NCBI GenBank assembly: GCA_046290225.1
Contig: JBKAGE010000039.1
Coordinates: 1 to 64,000 of the forward strand
DNA length: 64,000 bases
From: Bradymonadia bacterium
GTDB lineage: Bacteria; Myxococcota_A; Bradymonadia; UBA7976; UBA1532
Direction: 5' to 3'
Shown here: positions 9,283 to 18,169 of the stretch, in pieces
How the letters are laid out: each line of letters starts with the position of its first letter
Numbering within the stretch: position 1 is the stretch's first letter
The notes under the pieces: generated by a model
What the model saw: the letters and a program-made list of their open reading frames with translations, nothing else
What the model was told of the DNA's origin: nothing
The model's database searches: none
Made by a program: the position numbers and the translations under genes

Positions 9283-9939
9283 GTGATGAAGTGCCTGTGC
9301 GTGCCGGGTCTCGCCTGCAGCAGTGACATCTTCGAAGCCGCCGCCGAGCACCTGCCCGGGCTGAGTGTTCACGCCGTGGACTGGCCGTTGCCCGAGCGCA
9401 TCACCACGATGGACGCAACGGCTTTCTGGGTGGCAGAGCAGATCGAGGCCACTGGGGCCGAGGTCGTCATCGGCCACAGCCTCGGAGGCCTCGCGGCGCT
9501 GCACCTGTACGCCATCGCTCCCGAGCGCATGACTGCGCGCCTCTTCATCGCCGACACGTTCCTCGCGGGGCCTCACCCCATGTTCCGGAACTTTCTGTGG
9601 CAACCTCCACAGCCGCTCGAAGCCCGCGTGCACCAGATGCTCGACACCCTGAGGCCGAAGTTCCCTGTGCTCAGAGAAGCGGTCATGGGCTTCGAGGAGA
9701 CGCCCACATGGCGTGAAGCGGCGCTGAAGTCCGGGGCCATCTTCATCTATGGCGGACGCGGCGGTGAGGTCTCCGATGACGAGCTGGCCCGTCGGGCAGG
9801 GATCCCGGAGGGCGCCACCAACACCGTGCACGTGGTGCCCGGGACCTCGCACTTCCTGATGCTCGAAGCCCCCGAGGCTTTCTATGGCCACATCCGTGAG
9901 GCGGTTCAAGCGAGCGATCAGGGCGTTGAAGGCGGGTGA
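9283..9939 (+). CDS. Alpha/beta fold hydrolase
   Basis: GHSLGG nucleophile elbow; SHFLMLEAPE catalytic His. Confidence 0.85.
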   Translation: MMKCLCVPGLACSSDIFEAAAEHLPGLSVHAVDWPLPERITTMDATAFWVAEQIEATGAEVVIGHSLGGLAALHLYAIAPERMTARLFIADTFLAGPHPMFRNFLWQPPQPLEARVHQMLDTLRPKFPVLREAVMGFEETPTWREAALKSGAIFIYGGRGGEVSDDELARRAGIPEGATNTVHVVPGTSHFLMLEAPEAFYGHIREAVQASDQGVEGG

Positions 9940-11360
9940 TAGACGAGGGTGATCTTCGACGGGGCCCCTTCGATACCCTGAGTGTTCACTGCCCGAATGG
10001 TGAGGGTGTTCTCACCTGGTGAGAGATCCCAGGTGTGGTGAGCGCCCTCGATGCGGGCGCCGTTCACCGTGAAGTGGCTGAAGCTCGGCGTGTTGTGACT
10101 CAGCTTGAGCTCGAGCTGAGCCCCCTGGGGAGCGACCTCGATGTGCACGCTGTTGAGCAGGGGATAGAGGGGGTCAGCGTCGGTGATGATGTCCACGCCT
10201 TCGAGGGGGGCGCCTTGAAACAGCAGCTCCGGAGTCACCCCATGCGGGAGCAAAAACGACTTTGCCGTTGATGACTTCTCTGCGTGTGCGGGGTTTTTGT
10301 CGAAGATGCGATTGTCGTGGGCGAGCTGGAACGCGTGGAAGTAGCTGAGCCACATCTCCCGGTTAGGGGGCTTGGGCATCCAGGTGGAACCACCGTGCAC
10401 CAGCTCGATCTCTCCGGCTTTGCCGCGATGTCGGAGCATCTGCACTTGCCGAGCGCTCAGAGGACGCCCTTCATGGGTCCAGTACGCGTTGTTCTGGCCA
10501 TCGACGGCCACCCACTGCCGGAGGTCATCGTTCCAGACCTCCGAGATCACGTGACCCTTGCCGGTGCCGTAGGACATACCCGCCTGTCGCAGGCTCACCA
10601 CTCGGGCGGGGTATCCCAGGGCGTTGAGGGCCTGGGCGAGCACGATGCTGTACTCCACACAACGAAACCGGGCGCCCTCCTGCACCGCGTGCAGAATGTC
10701 GAGGGCGTTGGGTGAGACCGGCTCGTTGAGGCCGCTGTGGGCCCAGCGATCGTGCACCCACGCCAGCACCGCGGTGTGGGCTTCGAGCTGGGTTCTGGTG
10801 TTGGCCACGAGGGCGGGCAGATCGAACTCTTCTCGGAGCGCCTGGGCGTTCGCCGATGCCATCTCGTCGAAGCGCAGCATCGAAGAGGAGAGGCTGGGGT
10901 TCTCCCACGTGGTGATCTCGTAGACCTTCAGCCGTGTTCGGGCCTCGCGCATGGTCCTGAGGGCCGCGGTGAAGCGAGGGCTCTGGCGAATCAGGGCCAG
11001 ATCATCATCTTTCGCGGTGTGCTCCGCTTCGGTCCAGCCAGTCTTCGACGCAGCTTCGAGGGCGTCGAGGGCTTGCTCGGCCCGACCGGCGCGGCCATGG
11101 ACACAGGCCACTCCATAGTGAACCCGCCCGCGGAAGTCTCTCAGCTTGGGCGGGAACTCCAGGGTGAGCATCTGCTCGTAGGCCTTCAGCAGGGCCTCTT
11201 CGTCCCCAGCTTTGCGGGCAGCCTTGGCCTGGGTGTCGAGGGCCACGAGGGTGTCGAGCACCTTCTGCCTACCTGCATCCGGCGCGGCGCCACAGGCTGG
11301 GGCAAGGTGAAGAAGCATCAGTGTGAGGAGTGACGTTTTCAAGAGGGATCGAATGCTCAT
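9918..11360 (-). CDS. Secreted TPR + transglutaminase-like (Cys-His-Asp) domain protein
   Basis: Signal peptide; TPR-like YGVACVHG...AL; RCVEYS, GHVISEVW, VAVDG triad pattern. Confidence 0.8.
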   Translation of the reverse strand: MSIRSLLKTSLLTLMLLHLAPACGAAPDAGRQKVLDTLVALDTQAKAARKAGDEEALLKAYEQMLTLEFPPKLRDFRGRVHYGVACVHGRAGRAEQALDALEAASKTGWTEAEHTAKDDDLALIRQSPRFTAALRTMREARTRLKVYEITTWENPSLSSSMLRFDEMASANAQALREEFDLPALVANTRTQLEAHTAVLAWVHDRWAHSGLNEPVSPNALDILHAVQEGARFRCVEYSIVLAQALNALGYPARVVSLRQAGMSYGTGKGHVISEVWNDDLRQWVAVDGQNNAYWTHEGRPLSARQVQMLRHRGKAGEIELVHGGSTWMPKPPNREMWLSYFHAFQLAHDNRIFDKNPAHAEKSSTAKSFLLPHGVTPELLFQGAPLEGVDIITDADPLYPLLNSVHIEVAPQGAQLELKLSHNTPSFSHFTVNGARIEGAHHTWDLSPGENTLTIRAVNTQGIEGAPSKITLVYHPPSTP

Positions 11361-12115
11361 GCTCGGGCCTGCTCTCCCTCCACAGGATCGCCCCCGAGCG
11401 ACTCGATGTAGGCGTCGTAGACAGGGATGCGCGGGCTCTGCAGGCCCAGCCGACGCCAGCATTGCACAGCATCGAGACCCCACATCGCCTCGCCGTAGGC
11501 CTTCAGCGGCTCGGGCACCTCGACGCCATAGGTCTCGAAGCGGGTCACTACGGGGAAGTACACGAAGTCGGCGATGGTGGGATGCCCGAACAGGAAGGGT
11601 CCACCAGAGCGATCCAGGCACGCTGTCCAGATCTCCATGATGCGGTCGATCTCGCGCTGGGTCGGCGCATCAGGCGAAAAGTCGGGCACACGGGCGAAGG
11701 GGTGGCACGAGAGGTGTTGCCGCACGTGCAGAAACCCCGACACCATCTCGCTACAAATCGCCCGAGCTTGAGCGCGATCGAGGGCAGCCTCGGGCCACAA
11801 GCGGGCATCCGGCGCGGCCTCGTGGGCCCACTCGCAGATCGCCAGGCTCTCGTGGATGGGCGCGTCGCCGACCCACAAGACCGGGAACAACCCCGTGACG
11901 CTGCCGAGGGCCCTGCGGTTGGGCAGGTCTTCCAGAGGGCTCAGCCCCCCCGAAGTGGTGCCCTCGGCGGTGTTCTGATGCCCCACCTTCACCGGCGCGG
12001 TGTCGGTGGTGAAGTCGATGCCGGCGTGGGTGAGGGTCAGCCAGGCCCGCATCGACCACGATGAGTACCGCAGTGAGAGGACCGAGAGGGTGAGGGGGTC
12101 AGCGTGCTCGGACAT
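11357..12115 (-). CDS. Glutathione S-transferase family protein
   Basis: YSSWSMRAWL, ESLAICE, FLFGHPTIAD. Confidence 0.9.
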   Translation of the reverse strand: MSEHADPLTLSVLSLRYSSWSMRAWLTLTHAGIDFTTDTAPVKVGHQNTAEGTTSGGLSPLEDLPNRRALGSVTGLFPVLWVGDAPIHESLAICEWAHEAAPDARLWPEAALDRAQARAICSEMVSGFLHVRQHLSCHPFARVPDFSPDAPTQREIDRIMEIWTACLDRSGGPFLFGHPTIADFVYFPVVTRFETYGVEVPEPLKAYGEAMWGLDAVQCWRRLGLQSPRIPVYDAYIESLGGDPVEGEQARA

Positions 12116-12146
12116 GGGCCACCTTCGGATTGGGGTGGACCGGTTA

Positions 12147-12743
12147 TCAGTCGCGGGGTGCCAGGCCGTCAAGGAGCGCGCTGATGCTCAAGGACCAGCG
12201 GCGGGCCATGGATTCGGTGCTCGAACCGAGCCAGCCCGCGCGCTCTTGCGTGGCGAGGCCGATGGCCACGGCGAGCAGGCTGTGGGCGATGTCGGTGTCG
12301 TCGCCAGCGAGCACGCCGGCGTCGATGCACTGCCGAACGCGCTTCAGCAAGAAGCGTCGCATGACATCTCCGGCGTGGAGCTCGGCCTGATCAGGCACGA
12401 AGGCCATGAAGGGCCGCGAGAACATCAACTCGCCGAGGGCAGGGTGGTCGTGAGCAAAGGCGCGAAAGGCATGCATCGAGGCTTCGAGGTTTGCTCGGGG
12501 GTCGTCGCGCTCCGGGAGCGCGAGCATGCGCTCGCCCAGCATGCGAAACCCTTCGAAGAACAGGGCTCGAATCAGCCCCTCCTTGTCGCCAAAGAGCTCA
12601 TAGATCGCCGGCGGTGACGTGTGGGCGAGGCGGGCGATGCGTCGAGTGGTGCAGGCCGCTTCTCCCTCGGCTTCGAGCAGCTTCAGTGCGGTCTCGAGGA
12701 CGGTGGCCTTGAGCGCAGCATTGCGGAGTTTTGGTCTGGGCAT
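12147..12743 (-). CDS. TetR/AcrR family transcriptional regulator
   Basis: TTRRIARLAHTSPPAIYELFGDKEGL HTH. Confidence 0.92.
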   Translation of the reverse strand: MPRPKLRNAALKATVLETALKLLEAEGEAACTTRRIARLAHTSPPAIYELFGDKEGLIRALFFEGFRMLGERMLALPERDDPRANLEASMHAFRAFAHDHPALGELMFSRPFMAFVPDQAELHAGDVMRRFLLKRVRQCIDAGVLAGDDTDIAHSLLAVAIGLATQERAGWLGSSTESMARRWSLSISALLDGLAPRD

Positions 12744-12794
12744 GGCTCAGCGATGTACCGCAGAACTCTGCAGAGGTCGACCACGTCGCACGGC

Positions 12795-13496
12795 TCACAT
12801 GCCCCGCTGTGTGTGCTCGCGGATGTCAGCCTCGTTGCCCTGTCGGATCGCCTGCAGGGTGGCCTCGCGGGCCCGCCGCTTAGTCTCTGCATGTGCCCGC
12901 ATGTCCAGTGAGGTGAGCTGAGCTGCTCGGGCCATGGCGGCGTCGAACAACGCCTCTGGGGCCACGACCTGATCGAGGAAGCCAGCCTTCAGCGCGCCCT
13001 CCGGATCAAAGGCCTCGGCAAGCACCACCGCCCGCTCGAAATGAGCTGCGGTGAGGCGCTGGCGGCAAATCGCGATGGCCGCTCTGGGCATGGTGAGCCC
13101 GATGGCGACCTCATTGGCCTGGTAGTTGAAATCACCGGAAATGCCGATGCGGTAGTCCGCCGAGAGCGTCAAGAAGGCCCCCATCGCCATGGCGTGCCCC
13201 GGGCAGGCGATCAGCACCGGCGTCCGGTGCTCGAGCAGGCGGGCGGCGAGTTCGAAGCCCGCTTGCAGCATGCCCAGAGTCTGGGCGTTGCCTTGCTTGA
13301 GGATTTTCAGATCGAAGCCTGCAGAGAAGATGCCCGGGCGACCTGTGAGGACCACGACGGCCCCATCAGCCTCCGCCTGATCGAGGGCGCTGTTGATCTC
13401 GGCGATCATCTGCGGTGACAGGGCGTTCACCTTGCCATCGTCGAGGGTGATGCGGGCGATCTTGTGCTCACAGGCATAGTTGACCAGCTGGCTCAC
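12795..13496 (-). CDS. Crotonase/enoyl-CoA hydratase family protein
   Basis: DDGKVNALS, FSAGFDL, GHAMAMGAF. Confidence 0.9.
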   Translation of the reverse strand: MSQLVNYACEHKIARITLDDGKVNALSPQMIAEINSALDQAEADGAVVVLTGRPGIFSAGFDLKILKQGNAQTLGMLQAGFELAARLLEHRTPVLIACPGHAMAMGAFLTLSADYRIGISGDFNYQANEVAIGLTMPRAAIAICRQRLTAAHFERAVVLAEAFDPEGALKAGFLDQVVAPEALFDAAMARAAQLTSLDMRAHAETKRRAREATLQAIRQGNEADIREHTQRGM

Positions 13497-13507
13497 GTTG
13501 TTCTCCT

Positions 13508-13566
13508 GTTTCGTGTTGGTGTTTCGTTCCGATGTTACGAAACGTTGGTACGAAACGAGGCGAAAC
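13508..13566. promoter_or_regulatory. Nested inverted repeat (GTTTCGT x2 / ACGAAAC x2), candidate operator
   Basis: GTTTCGT at 13508 and 13521; ACGAAAC at 13537 and 13550; GCGAAAC at 13560. Confidence 0.65.
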
Positions 13567-13616
13567 TATGCAACCCTTCTCTCTGTGGTGCGTGTTTCGG
13601 GGGGGATACAGGCTGG

Positions 13617-13928
13617 TCAGCCTACAAAGGCGACACCTTCGAGAAGGAGAGCCCGCCAAAGATCTGCGTCGACTTCGGGGATCGAGACCCACTCTTTGAA
13701 GATCTTGCTGCCTGGTCCGAAGGGCTCGCCCTGACCGGCCTCGATCAGCTCGGCCACGCGGGCCTTCGGCAGCTTCACGACGAGGCCAGCGTCTTTGTAG
13801 CCGGTGAGGGCGAGGAACTCTTTGCCCACGTGCAGGCACCGACTTTTCATGATGGTGCCTTCCCGGACTTCGGGATGGGTGGCGTGCAACTCTCCGGCGA
13901 GGTGCCAGAACAACTCTTCGGCGGTCAT
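13617..13928 (-). CDS. Small hypothetical protein (TfoX/YjbR-like)
   Basis: GLVVKLP...GEPF...KEWV pattern; coding-like codon bias. Confidence 0.7.
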   Translation of the reverse strand: MTAEELFWHLAGELHATHPEVREGTIMKSRCLHVGKEFLALTGYKDAGLVVKLPKARVAELIEAGQGEPFGPGSKIFKEWVSIPEVDADLWRALLLEGVAFVG

Positions 13929-13989
13929 GGGGCTCGACTCTCCATTTTCAAGTGAACGTTGAGCCTACGACACTTTGACCACCGCGGGA

Positions 13990-14757
13990 TCAGAGTCTCA
14001 TGCCACCGCTGGCCTCGATGCGCTGCGCGGTGACCCAGCGAGAGTCGTCCGAGGCGAGGAAGGCGGCCACGTCGGCGATGTCTTCTGCGTGGCCGACGCG
14101 ATCGAGGGCGGTGACGCTGCGCATGAACCCGATGCCGTCTTCGGTCTTGAGCCAGGGGTTCATGTCGGTGTCGATGGCCCCCGGTGCGAGGGTGTTCACC
14201 GTGATGCCCCGCTTGCCCAGGTGCTGCGCCAGCACCTGAGTCATGGTGTCGACGGCGCCCTTGGCGGCGCTGTAGGTGACATACTCCGCCATGGAGAACC
14301 GGGTGAGGCCGGTACCGATGTTGATGATCCGACCATTGTCCCGCAGGCGGGGGAGCGCGCGTTGGATGGTGAAGAACACCCCCTTCACGTTGAGGCCGAA
14401 GATGCGATCGAACTCCGCCTCGGTGACGTCTTCGATGAGTGTGTTGCCGATGACCCCGGCGTTGGCCACCAGAATGTCGAGGGTGGGGCTGCCTTCGCCG
14501 AGCAGTCGGTCGACTTCGTGGAAGAGCGCGTTGATGCCGTCGAGGGTGGCGCCATCGGCGCAGATCCCGTGGGCCTCTCCACCTGCGGTGGCCACGGCCT
14601 GCTCCACCTCCGCAGCAGCCGCTGCGTTGCTGCGATACGAGAACAGAACGCGGGCGCCGTCGGCGGCGAGGCGCAGGACCATGGCCCGGCCGAGTCCGCG
14701 GCTCCCGCCAGTGACGAGGGCGGTTTTTCCGGCGAGAGGAAGCTGAGCGCGCTGCAT
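13990..14757 (-). CDS. SDR family oxidoreductase
   Basis: TGGSRGLG, ANAG, YSAAK, PGAIDTDM. Confidence 0.93.
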   Translation of the reverse strand: MQRAQLPLAGKTALVTGGSRGLGRAMVLRLAADGARVLFSYRSNAAAAAEVEQAVATAGGEAHGICADGATLDGINALFHEVDRLLGEGSPTLDILVANAGVIGNTLIEDVTEAEFDRIFGLNVKGVFFTIQRALPRLRDNGRIINIGTGLTRFSMAEYVTYSAAKGAVDTMTQVLAQHLGKRGITVNTLAPGAIDTDMNPWLKTEDGIGFMRSVTALDRVGHAEDIADVAAFLASDDSRWVTAQRIEASGGMRL

Positions 14758-14922
14758 GGGGAACTCCTATAGATGTACGATTTTGCAGAGCCCGGTGATG
14801 GAAGAACTCTGCCTGTGAGTTGTGCTGAGCTGCTTTGACAATGGCGGCAGGGAGCCTCTTGGAGAAGACACGCCGGTGCACAGGGGATATAAAAATACGT
14901 ATATCGATGCTGTGAGTGTTTG

Positions 14923-15837
14923 ATGCCTGATCACACCGTCACGACAGATCCCCTGAGCGCGGCCTCGTGGGACGACCTGCGTACCTTCCTCGCTGTCGTA
15001 CGGACCGGCAGCCTCTCCCGCGCTGCTGAGGCTTTGGGGATCACCCAGCCTACGGTGGGCCGACGTCTCGATCGTCTCGAAGAGGCCTTCGACTTCCCGT
15101 TGATCCGCCGAACAACTCAAGGGTGCACGGCCACGGCCCGTGGTGCTCGCCTCGTCCCTCTGGTGGAGCGCATGCGGGAGGCCGCGGATGGTGTGGCCCG
15201 AGTGGCGTCGTCCACTTCGAATGATCTACAGGGCGTGGTGCGGATCGCAGTGGGCGATCTGATGGCTCGACACATCGCCCGTCACCTGCCCACGTTGCTC
15301 GCCGACGCCCCAGGCCTGCGAGTGGAAGTGGTCTCCGGGCTCGACTTCGTGCAGCTCGAGCGCGGAGAAGCCGACATCGCCATACGTAACCGGGCCCCAG
15401 AGGGGGATCATTGGGTGAAGCGCCCGATGCCAGCGTCTCCATATGCCATCTATGGCAGCCAGGCATACGCAGAAATGCACCCAGACGCCTTCGACGACGA
15501 GAAACGATGGTCGACATGTGCCTGGGTGTCCTTCGAGCGGGGTCGTACGACGGCGACGTCGACTTTCATTCAGGCCAGGGCGACTCACCCACCGGTCGTG
15601 GGCTTCTCCAACTCGTTGTTGATCCTCGAGGCTGCTGCATGTGGGATGGGGCTGACGATGTTGCCGATGTGGCTGGGAGATGATGATCCCCGATTATGCC
15701 GTGTGAGCGATCCGCTGCCTGACTTCGAGATGAGGGGTTTCCTCGTCATGCACCCCAGCGCTCGCCGACTGCGGCGCGTACGTTGGATGGCCTCTCAGCT
15801 GGTGGAGTTGTTCAGCCACACAGAGGAGGTCAGATGA
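14923..15837 (+). CDS. LysR family regulator, divergent from the SDR gene
   Basis: WDDLRTFLAVVRTGSLSRAAEALGITQPTVGRR. Confidence 0.93.
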   Translation: MPDHTVTTDPLSAASWDDLRTFLAVVRTGSLSRAAEALGITQPTVGRRLDRLEEAFDFPLIRRTTQGCTATARGARLVPLVERMREAADGVARVASSTSNDLQGVVRIAVGDLMARHIARHLPTLLADAPGLRVEVVSGLDFVQLERGEADIAIRNRAPEGDHWVKRPMPASPYAIYGSQAYAEMHPDAFDDEKRWSTCAWVSFERGRTTATSTFIQARATHPPVVGFSNSLLILEAAACGMGLTMLPMWLGDDDPRLCRVSDPLPDFEMRGFLVMHPSARRLRRVRWMASQLVELFSHTEEVR

Positions 15838-16244
15838 GGCATGTATACGTCTTCGGCAACGGCAACCTGAGCTTCGAGGCGTTCCTAGAGCACTATGTGA
15901 CGCCCCTCGGATCTTTGTCCCTCGACGAGACACATTTCATCGTGTGCGATTTCCGAGGTGTGGACACCCTCACGATGGAGTACCTCAAGAGCCGGACACC
16001 CTGCGTGACGGTCTTCCACATCGGCGAGCGTCCGCGCTACCTGCCCGACAAGTACAAGACGCGGGTGAGTCAGTGGCAGGTTGTCGGGGGGTTCGAGAGT
16101 GACGAGGCCCGAGATGAAGCGGCGATGACGGCGTGTACTCATTTCCTCGCCATCGATCAGAACACTTCGGCAAAGAGACAAAGCGGCACCTCACGCAATA
16201 TCGAGCGGTGTCTCGCTTTAGCGAAGCTACCTGTAAATCAGTGA
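15834..16244 (+). CDS. Hypothetical protein, possible SLOG (YspA/DprA-like Rossmann) domain
   Basis: ATGA overlap with the LysR stop; VFGNG, DFRGVD, RDEA, SGTSRNI motifs. Confidence 0.6.
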   Translation: MRHVYVFGNGNLSFEAFLEHYVTPLGSLSLDETHFIVCDFRGVDTLTMEYLKSRTPCVTVFHIGERPRYLPDKYKTRVSQWQVVGGFESDEARDEAAMTACTHFLAIDQNTSAKRQSGTSRNIERCLALAKLPVNQ

Positions 16245-16255
16245 GTCTGAGCTTT

Positions 16256-16432
16256 GGCTGGGCCTTTGTAGGCAGTCGTCGCTTCGCTCCGCCTGCGTAG
16301 GCAGCTGCCGACGGCCGGCCTTCGGGCCGCCTTGGAGCTGCGTACACGTCGCCACGCTCGCTGAGGCGAGCAGGCCTCCGGGTAAGCAGGGTCGCTCAAG
16401 GCTTCGCCTTGTTTGCTCGCTCCCCTGCGTAA
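16256..16432 (-). repeat. ~180-bp structured repeat, copy 2 (inverted, more diverged)
   Basis: Reverse complement starts TTACGCAGGGGAGCGAGCAAACAAGGCGAAGCCTTGAGCGACCCTGC and ends GGCCCAGCC like copies 1 and 3. Confidence 0.93.
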
Positions 16433-16569
16433 AAAGTCAGTCTTGGTATGACTTTGCACTGATTCCGGCGCTGTTGGGACTTTCGCCCAGCGCCGGGGCT
16501 CAGAGGCTTGCACGTTCGCGGTAGATCGAATCCCAGCGGGCATGAGCAACAAGATACAGAAGAAGCTCT

Positions 16570-16748
16570 TTACGCAGGGGAGCGAGCAAACAAGGCGAAG
16601 CCTTGAGCGACCCTGCCTACCCGGGAAGGTGCCTGCCTCAGCAGGTGCCTGAACGTGTACGCGACCGACAAGGCGGCCCGAAGGGCTGCCGAAGGCCGGG
16701 AGCCTACGCAGGCGGAGCGCAGCGACGACTGCCTACCAAGGCCCAGCC
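16570..16748 (+). repeat. ~180-bp structured repeat, copy 3
   Basis: 5 substitutions and no indels versus 1-179. Confidence 0.95.
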
Positions 16749-16794
16749 ACAACATTCGTCACTGCCCAAGTCAATCCCAAATCTGTCTCTGAGG

Positions 16795-17355
16795 TCATGA
16801 GCCACTTGGTGCAAACGTGACCACCGAGTAGGCCACGCTCTGCCCCGAGGCCAGGTTGCGGTAGCCGTGTTTCTGGTCACCCCGAAACACCACCACATCA
16901 CCCTCCGACAGCTCGAAACGTTCTCCACCCACCGACAGCTCGATGTGTCCGGACTCGCACGTCAGGTATTCCCGGGTGCCGAACGTGTGCGGGATCCCTG
17001 CCATCGAGCCGCCCACCTCAAAGAGCATTCGCTCGATGTCGAGGCCCGGCATGCTCTCCGGCAGCAGCTTTCGAATACAGACCAGGCCTCGTTGTCGAGT
17101 CGGCAGGGCATCAGCGCGATAGAGCTGCCCCGTGCGCTTCGGGGGCCCGAGCAGCTCGTCCAGGCGCACATGGAGCGCCTCGGCCACCTTGAGCAGCACC
17201 GAGAGTGTGGGGTTGGCGGCGCCGGACTCCACATTGGACCAGGTGGGCCGCGGCACGCCGGCGAGGCGGGCGATTTGGGCCTGAGTAAGACCGCGGGCCT
17301 CTCTCAAGGTGCGGACGTTTTCGGCGAGATGATCAGCGATGTCGTCGTGGCTCAT
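16795..17355 (-). CDS. XRE-family HTH + cupin regulator
   Basis: LREARGLTQAQIA...VESGAANPTL HTH; C-terminal cupin PH...EY...FRGDQKHGYRN. Confidence 0.9.
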   Translation of the reverse strand: MSHDDIADHLAENVRTLREARGLTQAQIARLAGVPRPTWSNVESGAANPTLSVLLKVAEALHVRLDELLGPPKRTGQLYRADALPTRQRGLVCIRKLLPESMPGLDIERMLFEVGGSMAGIPHTFGTREYLTCESGHIELSVGGERFELSEGDVVVFRGDQKHGYRNLASGQSVAYSVVTFAPSGS

Positions 17356-17363
17356 GCTCACAG

Positions 17364-17380
17364 GTTGTCCGATGGTCAAC
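17364..17380. promoter_or_regulatory. Imperfect palindrome GTTGTCC-GAT-GGTCAAC, candidate XRE operator
   Basis: 7-3-7 with one mismatch, between divergent XRE and SDR genes. Confidence 0.45.
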
Positions 17381-17443
17381 AAAATATCAAACCAGACATT
17401 TCGTGAGCAGGAGTCTCTAGGGTGGTTGCCAGGAGGTGACATC

Positions 17444-18169
17444 ATGAAGCTGAACAAATCATCCATTCTGATCACTGGGGCGAGCCGAGGGCTGGGTCGG
17501 GCGCTGGCCATCGAGGCCGCCCGTCGAGGGGCTCGAGTGGGCCTCGTCGCCCGGAGCGCCGAGGCCCTCGAGGCCGTCGTCGACGAGATCCGCGCCGGAG
17601 GCGGCGAAGCCCATGCGCTGCCTGCAGATATCTCTGATGCGTGGGCGATCCATCCGCTCGCTGGCCGAGCCCACATGGCGCTGGGCCCGGTCTCGATCCT
17701 GATCAACAACGCCAGCCGGCTGGGGCCCACGCCGCTGCGATCGCTCCTGGACACCGAGTGTGAAGATCTCGCCGCGGTCTTCGAGACCAACCTCGTGGGG
17801 CCTTTCCGCCTGACCAAACAGCTGTTGGGGCCCATGATCACGCGTGGCCAGGGGGTGGTGGTGAACATCAGCTCCGACGCCGCGGTAGAGGCCTACCCCA
17901 CCTGGGGCGCCTATGGGGCCTCGAAGGCCGCCCTCGATCATCTGACACGTATCTGGGCCGAAGAGCTCCGAGCGCACGGTGTGCGTCTGTTGGCGGTGGA
18001 TCCGGGCGAGATGAACACCCAGATGCACGCCGAGGCGATCCCTGATGCTGATCCGAGCAGTCTCGCAGATCCTGCCGATGTGGCTCGAGGCATCCTCGAC
18101 CTGGTGGAGCGCGCCGCCGAGTTGCTGACCCGGGTCTCAGTCGACATCACGCAGGAGGTGGCGTCATGA
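17444..18169 (+). CDS. SDR family oxidoreductase
   Basis: TGASRGLG, NNAS, YGASK; AGGAGG RBS. Confidence 0.92.
   Translation: MKLNKSSILITGASRGLGRALAIEAARRGARVGLVARSAEALEAVVDEIRAGGGEAHALPADISDAWAIHPLAGRAHMALGPVSILINNASRLGPTPLRSLLDTECEDLAAVFETNLVGPFRLTKQLLGPMITRGQGVVVNISSDAAVEAYPTWGAYGASKAALDHLTRIWAEELRAHGVRLLAVDPGEMNTQMHAEAIPDADPSSLADPADVARGILDLVERAAELLTRVSVDITQEVAS

Noticed and set aside
16256..16748. Insertion sequence or classical MITE
   Set aside because: No transposase ORF and no evident target-site duplication; reported instead as a REP-like doublet.
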